From contig JALMLS010000474.1 of NCBI GenBank assembly GCA_038496445.1, forward strand, positions 62,001 to 126,000: a stretch of 64,000 nucleotides of DNA, written 5' to 3'. The DNA is from Trichosphaerium sp. ATCC 40318 (lineage: Eukaryota > Protista > Tubulinea). The number at the start of each line of letters is the position of its first letter. Position 1 is the stretch's first letter. Below are positions 1-13,440 of the stretch, one piece after another. The notes beneath the pieces were generated by a model. That model worked only from the letters and a program-made list of their open reading frames with translations. It did no database searches and had not been told where the DNA came from. The position numbers were made by a program, and so were the translations under genes.

Positions 1-100
1 AAGCTGAAAAAGAAAAGCAGCGAGAAATGTAAAGACTTTAAAAAAATATGTCAAAAAAAACGTCTAGAACAAATCATTAATTGATTCTACGGAGTGAAGC

Positions 101-2063
101 ATGATACCAACACAAGTATTACCGCTCCAGCTTCCAAAGACTAGCGTGTTAAACCATAAGGCCGCTTTTGGTACTGTTGATGAAACAACTGCCAATACAC
201 TCGGTAAAATTGCCGAGGCGAGGCAAAACATCATTATAGCGAGTGATAGAGCATATTCTGACTCAGCAATACGCGTTAGTATTTTAGAAATTGTACAACG
301 AACGCTTAATCTTGTTAATAGGGCGTGGGACAGTATTTACCGAGCTTGTTTGGACTTGTGCGTTTCTTGAATTTACAAGCAACACTAACGTGGCGTAGAT
401 GGATAAAATTAAGGAATTCAAGCCCGAGAACACCAAAAAACTGAGTATGTCGCCCCAACGTCTTTTTTTATGTTAGAAAATCCGTGACAGGTCCAAAAAA
501 CGCCATGAGCGTCAGCAACGTCGAATGGCGACCTAGTGTAAGCTTACAGTTAACTTACTATTATTCAGAGATTATGTGGTCATCCACGTTATCCGAGCGT
601 AATAAAGACAAGCAATTATCTTGTACTGATTGGAACTACGAAGTGACACAGGTGTTAATGGTAAATACACATTTTTTTTTGAGCAATTCAAAATCAGTTC
701 AAAATGATAACACTTTATTAGTTGTATGCCCTGTTACATCGTAAATGTGCGGCAGAAAAATTGAGTGTACTATCAAATGAAACTTTCGCTGAAGGATCAA
801 AAGAGGTAGCCTCAAAATACAACAATTGTTTCTACATTTTTTTTGATTTATTTTTTTCTTTCAGGTTTGTAAGTATCTTCAGACTGCAGCAGGTGTATTT
901 CGATATGTAAGAGATGAAATTATATCTGAGTGGGTACGCGTCATGGATAAATTATTTGAAAGAATTAAGTATTTTGACAACCTTTGACATTCCTGTTTTT
1001 TTCGTGTTTTTGTTTTAAAATTCTCTTTTTCTATTAGTTATCCACACAAGTATCTTATATTTTATTCAGGCAGTAGACCCAAAACAATTGAAGATACCAG
1101 AGGCTTTTGGAGACTCGTTTTTGATACTAGAAAAGTATGAATATTTTTATTTATTCGCTACTCGCGTAGCCCACTTTTTAATGTTTATTGTTGCTACGTC
1201 TTACACCAAATGGTTTGCTAACCACCTTTGTAGTATTTGTACATTTGAAAGCCAACAAGTAATCATTAGAAAAGCGTGCATGAGTAAAGCGAAACCAATC
1301 ATTTTAGCTACATTATCAGCAGAGAACTATAAGTTAATGCGAGAGTCTCTGGATCTTTGGCAAAGTAAGTTCTACAGGATTTTTTTTGAACAACGTTTAC
1401 GCGGAGTGTTACTCACTTATCTGCTTTTTCTAGCTATTGTTAAGAATGATGTTATTAAAGATGAAAAGTTTATGGTTCCGAATATTGAGCTTTACTTGCG
1501 TCTCATGTGTGATTACTGCCACGCATTGACTAATTTCTTCACTGCAGAACATAATAAGGATATAGGGTATGTTTTTGCTAACCGCGCGTAGCTCGTGCAT
1601 GCCGCGAATGAAAAAACTTTTTTTCATTCATGAATATCTAACTTGTTTGAAGGAAACCAGGTGTTGCAGTAGGCTATTTCAAACAAGCAATGGCCATATT
1701 AAATAATAACACTGTTCTACACCCAGCACCATCCGGCTATTTCTCTTCACCGCCACAACTTGACGAATTTATGAAAAGCGTTAAATATGATGTAGAAAGC
1801 CATGTTTTACAAATACAAGCTAAGAGTAAAGAGTGCGTAGTAGATCTTACAGGCTTAACCCTTAAAAATGGTACTCACTTAACCTGATAATCCGTTTTAG
1901 GTGCGAAGTAGATAACAAAGTTATTTACCACGAAGAAGTAATAACAAAGGGCCTTACGCTAACAGAAGGTAAACTAATAGCGAAACCTATACTTTTCGAA
2001 CCTCCTGAAGCAGCTGTTATTGATATAACTCAAACTTCCGATTCTTGGTGTAGCGTCATGTAA
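101..2063 (+). CDS. BROX: BRO1-domain protein with C-terminal CAAX box (BROX-like), multi-exon
   Basis: Spliced ORFs give BRO1 hallmarks: IMWSSTL..DWNYEVTQVLM, YLQTAAGVFRYV, ESQQVIIRKA, GVAVGYFKQA, DNKVIYHEEV. The CDS ends TGT AGC GTC ATG TAA (CSVM*, a CAAX box) at 2049-2063. Confidence 0.8.
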
Positions 2064-2529
2064 AAATAAACAAGAATGAAAAAACAGGAACCAAATCCAT
2101 CCAAAACAAGAACAATAAAATTTGTACGAACAGCTGTATAAAATAAGTACTTAGATGAATAAGTAGTTAAGTTTGTTTGTTGAGAATGTAGTAAAACGAC
2201 GTATATGGTGATTGTCATTTTCTCCGTACAGGATTGACCAAAATTTTCTGTTTAGTAGTTTCTGCCGATTTTGCTTGGAAAATAAAAATATCATAGATAC
2301 TTAGGGGTTCAAGAGTTGTTTTGTATTGAGGATTGTATTTAAAAAGGCGAAAGCAATTTTCTAGTTTCTCCGTGATTAAAGTCCAATTGGTGCAAATAGT
2401 TTTGTGCACCGTTATTTTGTAGTGTTATACAACATGGCATGCTTTTTGTACAGATGTATGTGGTACCAAAAAAAGGTACCACGCCATGCGTATATTGCTA
2501 GTGATTGAGCTCTTAAACTCAAACTTAGG

Positions 2530-4490
2530 TTGTGAAGAGGCGTGGGAATAACGTAGTTGGGAGTTTGGGTTTGAGGACCGCGATATTTCTCCACTAACTA
2601 CGTAGTTTCGGCTAAATAAAAACTACATAAATATCTTGTCTAGCTATCACTACTCAACTCGGGAGTACACTATTGAACGTTGACGATGGTTCTTACGGCT
2701 TTTACGACGTCCAAAAGGATTTCCCTGTCTGACTTTGACTCCGAAAAACTTGCCTGAAACCAACTTAACTGCGAAACGGAGCAAAATTTCTATTTCCAGT
2801 AGGGATCACACAACCATCATGTCCAAGAACGAAGTCATCGCTTTACATCTGAGTTCAACAAAGCCCGTCTCAGGAGGACGCTTGAGCGCCCGAACGAAGA
2901 GTATAGGTCCAAAAAGTCCTAAGTTTATGGTATCAGGTACTGCTAACCCTTTTCAAGCATGATTGCGTCACGATTGTGCTACTCCTGCAACTCCAAATAC
3001 TTACTAAATTTTGTAGACGAGCCGTTGATGTCTTCTCCTCGCGCCTCCCCTCTTGTAGCTATTCAAAACCAAACAAAGAGTACGTAGCGATGGTTTTATT
3101 GTTTTTTGAAAAGTAGGAACAAAATAGTTCTACTCCAAAGCTCCCCTAATAAACTCCCTTTCGGCGCTAACTCTTTCATAGGTAAAGTTCCAGCTAATTA
3201 TAAACCGATAAGAGTTTAAAGCGTACTACGCGAAAACACAAAGTGTTTGTGAACGCTAGTGTTGTACAAAAGTTTTTCCATTGTGTACATTATATCCGGG
3301 CTTGTATTGAAGCGCTCATGCGTTAGTTACAGGAGTTTTGGAAACGTTCCGGAAACCTTAGACTAAAACCGTCTACACGTTAATGCTTCGGTCTTTTTAA
3401 CGCCTTAAGTATACGTATTGTAACGATTAATGTCAAAATAAACCTTGTATTGTAAATACGCGCAGCATGTTTACTACGGCGATCTACAAACTACAAAATA
3501 GCTCTAAAACGGTTATTTGATCTAAAAACACAATCAAATCGAAAACCAATCGGCCTTTCTTAGTTTTTGTACTTCACGCGTTTCTTTTGTGGGTTCACTA
3601 TTCTCAATCACTGTTGACTGGTTCACATTGAGTTTATGACTGTTGTCTGTTTCTTGTGTTGCGAGATTTTCAGTTTTCGAATCGTTATGCAGTTAAAACT
3701 CGCTACACAAACACTTTGTACCAGTATTATTGCGTGTACTACGCATGTTTCATGCAAACCGCAATAAACTTATAAACCCAAAACAGGGGCACCAGCCCAG
3801 TAATGTAGTAAACCTCAACCGCTGTAAATAGGAGCACACAGCTATAGACCTGTTAGCACTCTTTTCCTCGTTTTGTTAATAAAGTTGAACGTAGTTTAGT
3901 ATTAGTTTTTTATCCTTTTTTAGCATGATTCGGACAAAACATAATCCGACTTAAGCGCATTTCGGAACAAGACGTCTCATATTTAATACGCTACCTTCTA
4001 TTTTATCTGCAGATTATTAATAAAAAGCAAAGAAGCTGGTAATCTATTCGACAACTACAAGTAGTGAACTTCGTTATTTTGCAGTTGGAGTTTCAAAACT
4101 CGATTACGTCATCTTTTACGCAGAAGAGGATTTGCGTACCAGACTGTGTATAGATACTGCTTGTCCTACTGAATGGGGCTATCTAGCGCGGTTGTTTAGA
4201 AACAATATTTCGGGACAATTTCCGAATTTCGCCCAACGGTTTTTGTGTTTCGTTTGTAAATAACGCGGAAAGGTAGAAAACATTCTATGTACGCTTACAT
4301 AGCATTTTGGAACCGTTTTTTTTTATCGAAAGCAAAAACAGATTTCGCGTATTTGTAGCGTCATATCGACCCGAACCTATACGCGTAGTATGAAAACACA
4401 CCGTCCACATATACTAAAGCGCATTGAGCAACGCTTGTATAAACTTGGAGTATTTTTGGTCGGACTGACGAAAGATAAGAGGAGTTAAAA
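2530..4490 (+). other. Possible multi-exon hypothetical gene(s) or remnant
   Basis: GT..AG intron-like segments separate short open frames (e.g. 2735-2937 S/P/K-rich; ~4085-4190 GVSKLDYVIFYAEEDLRTRLC). I could not build a consistent gene model. Confidence 0.25.
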
Positions 4491-5417
4491 AGCAACATTT
4501 CAAAAAAATCTAAACATGGGTTTAGCGTGCATTCCTTGAGGTACAGAACGCTTACTAATATAGTCAGCGTCGGAAATATGTGTCATAATCATCATACACT
4601 AATTTATAGCGAAGGTGTAACCAGTACTACCACAAACAGTTGAAGCAAAGCTCTAACGCCCTATGCAAGATACACAATGCTGATACAAACCACCTGCAAA
4701 CATGTCGACGTGTATTGCTCAAACAATGGCTATGTCAAGTTGGGCTTATGTGCAAATGATACGGTACGCCGTGGTAACTACCAGAAACCCCAGGTTTGAA
4801 ACAAAAGCAACTGTGTTGATACTATTTCGCTAACCTATGTAACTGGAGAGAAATACAACAACAGCTAAAGCTAGGGAGAGAAGAGGACCTACACAACTCA
4901 CTAAAAGAACAACTCACTTACAGCACTAGTGCAAACACATATGCACGCGATAGGCTCAGCGAAGTAACTGCAGACTGGGCACAATTCTAATTACAGAACC
5001 TGTTTTATTACCGAAAGACAGTTGACCAATTGGATGGTAGGTGCGCAGTATGAGTTTTTTGCATTATGTCTCGATGATTAATGAATGCTACATCCGTGGT
5101 GCCGTGCCACAACAGAAACTGGTTCACTCAAAGCCTATCATTCGAATAAAACACTCTTTTAAAACCGACTAGACGCTCGTTTTAATTACAATCTATGTTT
5201 TTGTTGAGGTTTACAGTGCGTTCTTTGTCGAAACTACTGCGCAGAACATTCTCTTTTTTCTCGTTTTTCGGGTCATTAGACCTAATTGCCTCTCTGTTTT
5301 TTCCATCTCAACAAGAGATCCTTTTTCAAATTACATCAAGACTGCCGTTTTGGAATAAAGTTGTTAAGTCAAGTGTCACTAATAAGCATTGTCAACAATA
5401 CCCAGAGCACGTGATTT

Positions 5418-7283
5418 ATGGCAGAGCCTAAATCTACAGAGGTTAATTTACAGTATGTTAATCGTTTGGCGGTGAGTAGCGACCATTCGATGGTAATAGC
5501 AGACGACGGCTTTATTTACACGTGGGGAAGTAATTACTATCGCCAATTAGGTAACACCGATGATTACACGAATTCTATCGCTAGACCGATAAAATCACTC
5601 ATAAATATCGTCTGTATTGCTGCTGGATGTAATTATAGCCTCGCAGTTGATGTAAACGGTATTGTTTATTCATGGGGTCGCAACGAAGATGGCGAGTTGG
5701 GTCTTGGTCATTTCAATTCGCCTATTTCAGAACCAACACGTGTTCCAACAGGTGTTCTAATACATAGTATCACTCAAGTAAGTGCGTACTATACGAGTAT
5801 GGCATTATCGGAATCTGGTCAGATGTACACTTGGGGAAACAATGTTCGTCATGGACTTGGTCATTCATTCGACAAGAAGAAAGTACACACGCCTCAATGT
5901 GTTACAATTTGTCGTGATGCAATCGCCAAAGTACATACGAGTGGGTGTATAAGTGGAGCAGTAACGACAAAAGGTCACGTGTATCTTTGGGGAACAACGC
6001 ACAGCAAAGCGTATGACAAGGCGTTATGCTTGAAACCAAAGACAATTTCACGTATTCCAAACATTTCAGATGCCACTGATATCGCCATCGGCGAATATCA
6101 CGTGCTTATTCTTCTCAAGTCAGGTCTTGTATATTCAATTGGATTCAATGGTTATGGCTGTCTTGGGCTAGATGTTGATGGTACATACGGACAAGGTGTT
6201 GTCGATGGACTCAGAGATGTTGTGTCCATACATGCTGGTTTCTGGTCATCTTTTGCCATTGATCGACAAGGCCATTTGTTTGTTTGGGGCAAAGGTGAAT
6301 GGGTTGATGAATTCTCATCTAGCAAACCATTACAATTGACTGGAAAATATCTCGAGTTTGCCAGCAAACGATATCATTCACTGGCGATACTTGATAAATA
6401 TACACTTTGTACAGGTGGATCAAATAAGCATGGAGAATCATCAAAACAAGAATTGACTTTCAAGAACCACAGCAAGGCACGTTTTCTATCAATATTTTCT
6501 GTGTATTGACACGTATTGACAATGTATCTAGATACTCCAAACTCAATCTAGTGGTAATCCATCAACACATCAAGCGAATAAACCAGATAAATTCTCAATC
6601 AAAGTGCATCCATCTGAGGAGCTTTTCAAATCAAGAGATGTTGTTCGAGATGTGCCTAAGAAGTTTGGACATAATCAACTAGATCTTGACATCCTTGAAA
6701 ATGCACGTGAGCTTATTCATGGCAAACAAAGAACACAACTCCAAAGAATTATCGAAAAAGTACACCTCTTCATGTCATTTTTCTTTTTTATTTACCTCAA
6801 TGTTAAGGACGCTTCTATCAATTCAACTGAAGACAAGTCATCCTTTGATGTTGTCAAAGGCGATTCATCCATCAATAGGCCTTTCAAACCCTCCGTTGGT
6901 GTAGATGACCTTGTATCACAACAGTCCTGGAAGGATAAGCGTGAATCGATTAGTGGTGTATCTATGCCAGTTGTACCGCATACAGTAGACGTTGGCAAAG
7001 TACGACTCTTTCTCAGGGTTGATTCATCTGACTTTTATTGTAGCCTTCGCCATCAGCTCCAGTTGTACCTAAAGCAGTAACACAACCATTGAGAGGAAAA
7101 GTGGAATGGGTGAGTATCTTGATATTGGCAGGGATTGATAAATCAAGAGCTCCTAAGCTTGGATCAATGTTGAATGAAACGTGTGTTGAGATCCAAGAGA
7201 TAACAGGAGAACTTATGAAAGTGTTTGAGTTTACAGTAGTAGAACGTGGGAAAGTTATCAAGTATAAAAATGACAATTGTTAA
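5418..7283 (+). CDS. RCC1 beta-propeller + KFG-motif region + C-terminal SAM-like domain (family copy A)
   Basis: Exon 1 has RCC1 repeats (YTWGSNYYRQLG, YSWGRNEDGELGLG, IAIGEYHVL). A phase-0 intron (~6477-6531) follows, then KVHPSEELFKSRDVVRDVPKKFG..LDILENA, and a terminal VEWVSILILAGIDKSRA..ELMKVFEFTVVERGKVIKYK. Confidence 0.85.
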
Positions 7284-8044
7284 ATCAATAATAAATAGTA
7301 CTCCACGTTTTGTTTCTTAGTCTCAGTACTGATTCACTGCATGTTGACTGTAACTCAACAAGATTTCACTATATGCGTCATTTTAAGTACATGGGTAGTG
7401 AATAGGTGTTGGTCTGAAAGCTATTTTCTTCTGTTCTTTGAACTTTCACTGGAGATCACATCCACAAAGTCACGACATTTCTCAAAGCATGTATTGTGTT
7501 GGGCTGGAGAATGCTATTAACTAAAAATCATGGATACATGATGGAGTTTCAGATAAAAGATGGCGTTTCCAACTTGTTTATAAGTCACAGCGATTACCGA
7601 TAAAAAAGGAAAATAACACCTTTTTTGGAGGAAAAGTACGAAGTTTACAAAGCCCTTTTGGGAGTATCAAATTGAAATCAAGGCACGTTTCTTGATGGCA
7701 AACATCATCACATACACATTCCTTATCTAAGGATTAACCCGGATTAGCGACAAATAAAATTATCGAAATCCCAAATTTGAGCAAGGTATTGTTTATCACT
7801 GTGGGCATGTACTTCTTGCTAACAAACCAACATATATTTAAATACTTCTAGCACCCATAGTAACAATTATGAGGGATGAAAAAGGTTTGCTTATGAGTAA
7901 CGAACTCAATTGGAATTATCGATAATTTTTTTGTCAATTCCTTACCTTAAACTGTCTCCTTAACAAACCATCAAGAGTGTGGTCGTGTATCGAATATTCA
8001 CGCTTACGAATAGTCGTTGAATCTACTGGCCTTGTATATACATC

Positions 8045-8425
8045 AGATTTCTCCGGAAGCCCAAATATGTAGAATTTTGTCAAAAAAAAGTCAAAAATTC
8101 GGCACTATTTATCCTATATTATGCCATAGGAACTATTTAACAAGCCCCTTTTATGGTAAGGGGACTAGAGGGTTTTTTAACACCATGGTTTTCAATCACT
8201 TGGCACTCGAGGTGCCGTAATACTTTGATTGCTGACCAATATCCCTTGAGTGTGTCCCTATGATTACACACTGATCACTGAATTTGGTAAGGATCAGGGT
8301 TATTTATTTAGTACAAAGTTAAGGCATTCAGGGGGTTTGGGGGCAGAGCCTAGCGGCGACTGAGCGCCATAACCCAGTTGTCTCCCTTTGTGGCGAACAG
8401 TTCAATATCACTTCGACATTGTTCG
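8045..8425. repeat. Dispersed repeat; inverted homolog lies inside the TIR element at ~25950-26160
   Basis: CCTATATTATGCCATAGGAACTATTTA and GGGGCAGAGCCTAGC..CCCAGTTGTCTCCCTTTGTGGC..CAGTTCAATATCAC match the reverse complement of ~26060-26150 and ~25950-26045. The copy here has an extra internal block of roughly 170 bp. Confidence 0.8.
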
Positions 8426-8594
8426 ACTTTTTTGTCGACATTTTAGTATAACCCATTTCTCCTTACCTTACAAATCGTCTAGAAGTTGTAGCTATACTTC
8501 ACGACAGTGTGCTGTTGATAAGCTCTTGTATGAAATTTGGAATGTTCCAACTAATTGGGAAGTACTTCGGACTTATATAGTCACAATTTGTGCG

Positions 8595-10116
8595 ATGCTA
8601 TCAACACAGCAATACCTCCAAGCTACGCTTGTTATATGTTCAATCATATGTATTGTAAGCGGAGACCTCGCATTTAGTAGATTCTCAGGCCCTAATAACC
8701 AAGACTCACTTGGTACCGTGGATATAAACATTGAAGGAAACACAAGTACGCTATTGTAGGGTTGTTTTCGATTTTACTCAAAACGAGTTGAAACAACATT
8801 GTATCAACGCCATACACGTTAAATAGACAACCAACTGCAAGGTGGCGATGTGTTTATTAACGTGGCGTTCACATTCGAGTTTCAGGCGTCTTGCGCTGGT
8901 TGCAATTCTAGAATTTCGAAAAAAACGTTAAACTTGTTTTTTTCTTATTCTGAAGAGCTTATGCTTGCAATGAACCTTTGAAATCGTTACTCATGTATCT
9001 TAGGTAGCTATAGACCCTTTATGATGACTGAATCTAGTTATGAAACGCATATTAAAGGTGTTTATGCTACACAGCTTAATTCTATTTTCCTTGGCTCTGT
9101 TAATAAACAGGGAGGATACACAAACGTTTCAAAGATAGACGCATCTACCGGTTACTACAATACGATAAAAATTCCAGGAATATATAATGAGTACGACAAA
9201 CACGTGATAAAACAATTGTTTTTTATTAATTTTTTTTCCTTTTGGACAGCTTGCTTTATATGGGCAATAGACGGTTTGGTAAAAGCTTAATGTTACTTGG
9301 TAAACCAGGTTTAGTAGCTATTAATCTCGAAGAGCCTAATGCAACACCTCAAAAATGTGCGTAGCAGCGATAGTATGGAAGCATCAAAAGAAAAAGCAAC
9401 ACAACTTGTTCGCTATTTTTCTTCATTTTTTTAGTTTTGTTTCGAAAGTGATGCTCACTTTGCTCTATTTTTAGTTCATTTTAATGCTTGGGGACCTGAT
9501 GCTATCACGGCCGATCCTGCAAATGACCGATTAGTTATGATGTATCTCGATAACCAAATAATATACCTGGAAGCCAAATCAATTACAACAAATGATACTA
9601 AGTCAATATTTAGCATTCAAGTAAAAGTTGTACGTATATCTATCAATATCAACTCTCATTTTGCATCTTATGAACCTTTTTTTCAGTATATTTATATCCT
9701 AACCACCTGCGTATTAGCACTGCAAAGACTATGATAAGACTTTGTACAAACTCAACACCTTTTTTGGATATGATGCTGATACTGAAACAATTCACCTCAT
9801 ATCTATTGTTAATGGTCATAAAACGTTTCCTCAAACCTTCGGCATAACAATACCTATCGTTAACAACAAGCCTCAAGCATGCACTATGACAGAAATCGCA
9901 TATGACAACTACAGATTTGGACATGCTACATTTGATCCACGTTCAAAGTATTTCTACTCTACTGACCTTGAAAAAAAAACTCGTCGCCCTGAAATTGTAT
10001 GTCGTAATAGTGCTACTGAGGGACAAGTGTGTGTCTATTTACCAAAGGATATGCCATACACAGATGAACTAATGTTCCCAGCTAGTGCGTTTGAAAAGTT
10101 GTTTCAAGCAGAATAA
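8595..10116 (+). CDS. Secreted hypothetical protein, multi-exon (possibly beta-propeller-like)
   Basis: Signal-peptide-like start (MLSTQQYLQATLVICSIICIVSG). Successive ORFs 9021-, 9537- and 9742-10116 are linked by GT-AG introns. Confidence 0.6.
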
Positions 10117-10599
10117 ACGAACTTCTCCTTTGTTATTGTTCAGTTTTAATAAGCGATCATTTGCCACGATAACAAGAGTTTGTATTGCATAGAGACGGCC
10201 GCGACATTAAGCTAATCACTTGATGTGAGATAGTGCTCATAATGTTTTTTAAAGTAGTTGTACAGTCAGAAATAAAGTAACGTACTCGTTGGAACACAGT
10301 GGTTGTTCTATTTTATTGTGATTAAATTGAGAATTCTAGATGGGTCTATGCGTGGGTAGCATTAGTAGTTTTCACAAATTATAGGATCAGATATCCGTGT
10401 TATAAATCAAGAGGGATGTCACATTTCATATTCTTTGGCAGCGGCTCTTGTAAATCAAGAGGGACGTCACAAAAAAGTGACTAGTGTCACGTGAAAACTT
10501 GGCGTTTTAAGTACTCGGATATCATTAATAATAATGTAGTAAAATAATTTCTTTTGTGTGGTTGTGACATTACTGTTTGTAGCAACAGTGATTGATTTA

Positions 10600-11708
10600 T
10601 TAGCATGCATTGCCGTTTGCTTCAATTACAGACACGGCAAGATTGTTGTCTGCATTATCCCAACTGCATCCTATAACAGCTCTTTCGGTGCCTGCTGCCC
10701 ATGTTTGGTAAAATGTAATCTAAAAGTAAACGTAAGTCAACATGGTATAGTTAGAAATTGTTTACAATTTTAGTGCCAGATTCTGTAGTACTTCCATCAA
10801 CTACTGCCCCAGTAGAAGACCAACAATTTGTAGCAGCAGCTCCTATAGGTGACACTTGTCGTAAGCGAACTGAAGTGATAAGAGCTCCAGAAGATGGTGA
10901 AGTAAGTTTAATATGCACATTCATTGTTGATCCGTGGTCTAAGTGTTGTTCTATTAGATTGTGCAACACTGAAAGAAAACAACTTACTAGCTATTGATAC
11001 ATCAGATACAGTAGGGCAAAACGATGATTGAGCCTGTGGTGCGTTGGTTGGAGGAGGAGTGAAAGAAGGCGGTGGTGGAGGTACTGATCCAGTGAATGTC
11101 GCTAGTGCGGGTCCTGTGTAGAAGAAAGGAGCGTTTGGTTCGTATACTTTTCTGTATTGACCTGCATCTAGAGGAAGATGTCCAGGGATTGTAACAACAG
11201 GTGTCCAAGATACAGGGCCACTATTGCCGTTTGTAATGACTATATCGGCACATTGAAGATAGTATTCGACATTAACGACTTGTTGAAGTGAATACCATTC
11301 CCATCGAAGCACAGCTTGACCATTAGGCACCCAAGAAGGAATAGTTAAGTCCCAGCTTCCGATAAGATTGCAATCGCGGATTTGATCTATCTTTGCCCAT
11401 GTTGCTTCGTTATCGAAAGAAAGATAGAAGAAGCAGTCTCCAGGATGTGCGGCTGCGAATGCCCACGTGACTGTATACGTTTGTCCGGCGTTGTAAGTAG
11501 CAGTGGTGGCTACAAAAGGAAGGTTTCGACATTTGTGAGCTGAGGTGTATTGCCCGTTTTGAAGTTGAACTGGTGCGTCTTGTTGGTAAATCGGTCTGTT
11601 TGCTTGTTGATCACGTGTTTGAGGAGAAGTGAGTCTGCCATGACTTGAAACAACTGTGAAAAACGAAAAGAGTATGCAAAGAAGAAATACTGATGTGACA
11701 ACGTTCAT
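10600..11708 (-). CDS. Lytic polysaccharide monooxygenase (His-brace LPMO) with Pro/Thr linker and C-terminal Cys-bracketed CBM-like domain
   Basis: Signal peptide ending VVSS, then His1 (HGRLTSP); second His in AAHPGDC; LRWEWY and EYYLQCADI motifs. Two 3' introns add a domain running SFCP...NCWSS...QTWAAG...GCSW...NGNAC*. Confidence 0.85.
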
Positions 11709-12302
11709 TTTTAGGTTTGGTTCGTTGCTGAGGTGTTGCTTTAGCGGTTGTAAGATTTGTTTTATGAGGTTTGTTTGACGTGCATCAGTACACATTTATC
11801 TACCCATATTTGGGTACCAAGACTATACGCTCTAGACTGCTTTATTGTTTAGAAATTGTAGTTTTGGCATAAGATAACATGGTTCCTTCTTTGTCGCGAA
11901 TGTGTGTTTTTCCAGGGTTCTAGAGTCACCTTATGGCTTTGAAGACGGTATTAATATCCCGCTAGTTACAATGTCACGCTTTATTTAGGAAGGGTCACGT
12001 TTTTTTTGGTATTTTCGAGATAGGACTAAGCCCACCTTGTTTATAATAAAGCCTCGTGTCCTTTTTTCTCGCAGTCTTTTAGTTAAAACTGCGCACACAA
12101 ATGTGTGAACCGGTGTCATGAAACTAAGAATTTGTTTTCATCGGCTGTTATAACCCGAAATAGAGCCCGAAAGGCTTGTTTATTGCCAACAGTAAAGCGT
12201 ATACTTAGAAAGCAAGAAGATCTCAGAAACTTGGTTCCAGCTTAAAACCTGGAAACAACGTCCTCCCAGTACCACTTACAACGCCTCTTTGGTACAAAAA
12301 AA

Positions 12303-12365
12303 ATTTGCACCATGCAAAGTTTAGAGAAGTACAATAACGACGCACATCTATTGCATGGTGCAAAT
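12303..12365. repeat. 15-bp perfect inverted repeat (hairpin or mini-MITE)
   Basis: ATTTGCACCATGCAA ... TTGCATGGTGCAAAT with a 33-nt loop, flanked by A- and T-runs. Confidence 0.7.
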
Positions 12366-13440
12366 ATATTTTTTTTAAACTTGACAGCGGGTATTCACGT
12401 GATTTTTGTGATTGATACTTATTTTAATTTCAGTCCTTTTTTTACAGTCTGATACTTATGATTAACTTGTATCTACTAATGTAATACCAGTATAGAATTG
12501 TTGTAGAAATAAAACTATTTTATTCTGAATTGTACTGCTCCGTTTGTATCCGCTTATTTGAGACAAGAGATTGTTTCACCCCACTTTCGACCTTCTTTAT
12601 CACATAGCCAACAGACATTGTCCTATTTCGCATGGGAATAGCGTTATGTGTACATAAAAACAAAAAACTGTAAAAACTCTACAACTATTTATTTGCACAG
12701 TGGCTTTAACATTGTGGGTTCGCTTGTTTTATAGTGCTTCATTGTGCCCAGCGCAAGGCTCGTTTATAAATTTCATCTGTTTGCTCTGTATCATCCAAGT
12801 ACGTCGTATTGGTGTCACATGATTGTTTATTAGCAAGTTCCAAGTTTCGTACAAAAGTATTTAATGGTGAAACGCCACTGTAATGAATCTTAGGTTCCTG
12901 AAATATCTCTTTTCTTTTAGTTCAAGCCTAGTTGTTCTAGATGGTGTATGAACATAAGTAACCCTTATGCAACTCTACAAGATACTAAAAGAGTATTTAA
13001 CATGGTGGTACGAAGAGAAAGCCACGTGCATGACTCAAAACGTTTATTGTGAGTTTGGTCTGTACACTACTGGTGTAGTGACCTCAAAAGGGAGCTCCTG
13101 CCGTTCACTTTACAAGAGTAATTATAATTTGATTGATGGAATTCCGAAAAAATCAATCAAGTTAGGGTCCAAAATAAATATTGTGTACCAGAAAACAACA
13201 TAAACTGAATCAAGTTAGTCAATGCAATTATCATAATTTGGAATACACAACATCAATGGCAACAAAACGCAAGGTACAACTCAAACTAGAAACAAAAAAT
13301 TTGTATATAATCCGTGTTATCACACTCAACCAGGTCTGCCAAACTTTATCCCCCTTTTTTTTTTTTTCTTCGAATATCAATCACTCACGATTCCGAAGAA
13401 AACTAATTTCTTACTGACAGATAACAACATCCAAAGTAAA

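Noticed and set aside
10403-10471. 21-bp direct repeat TAAATCAAGAGGGA(T/C)GTCACA
   Set aside because: Only two copies in intergenic DNA; most likely a simple local duplication.
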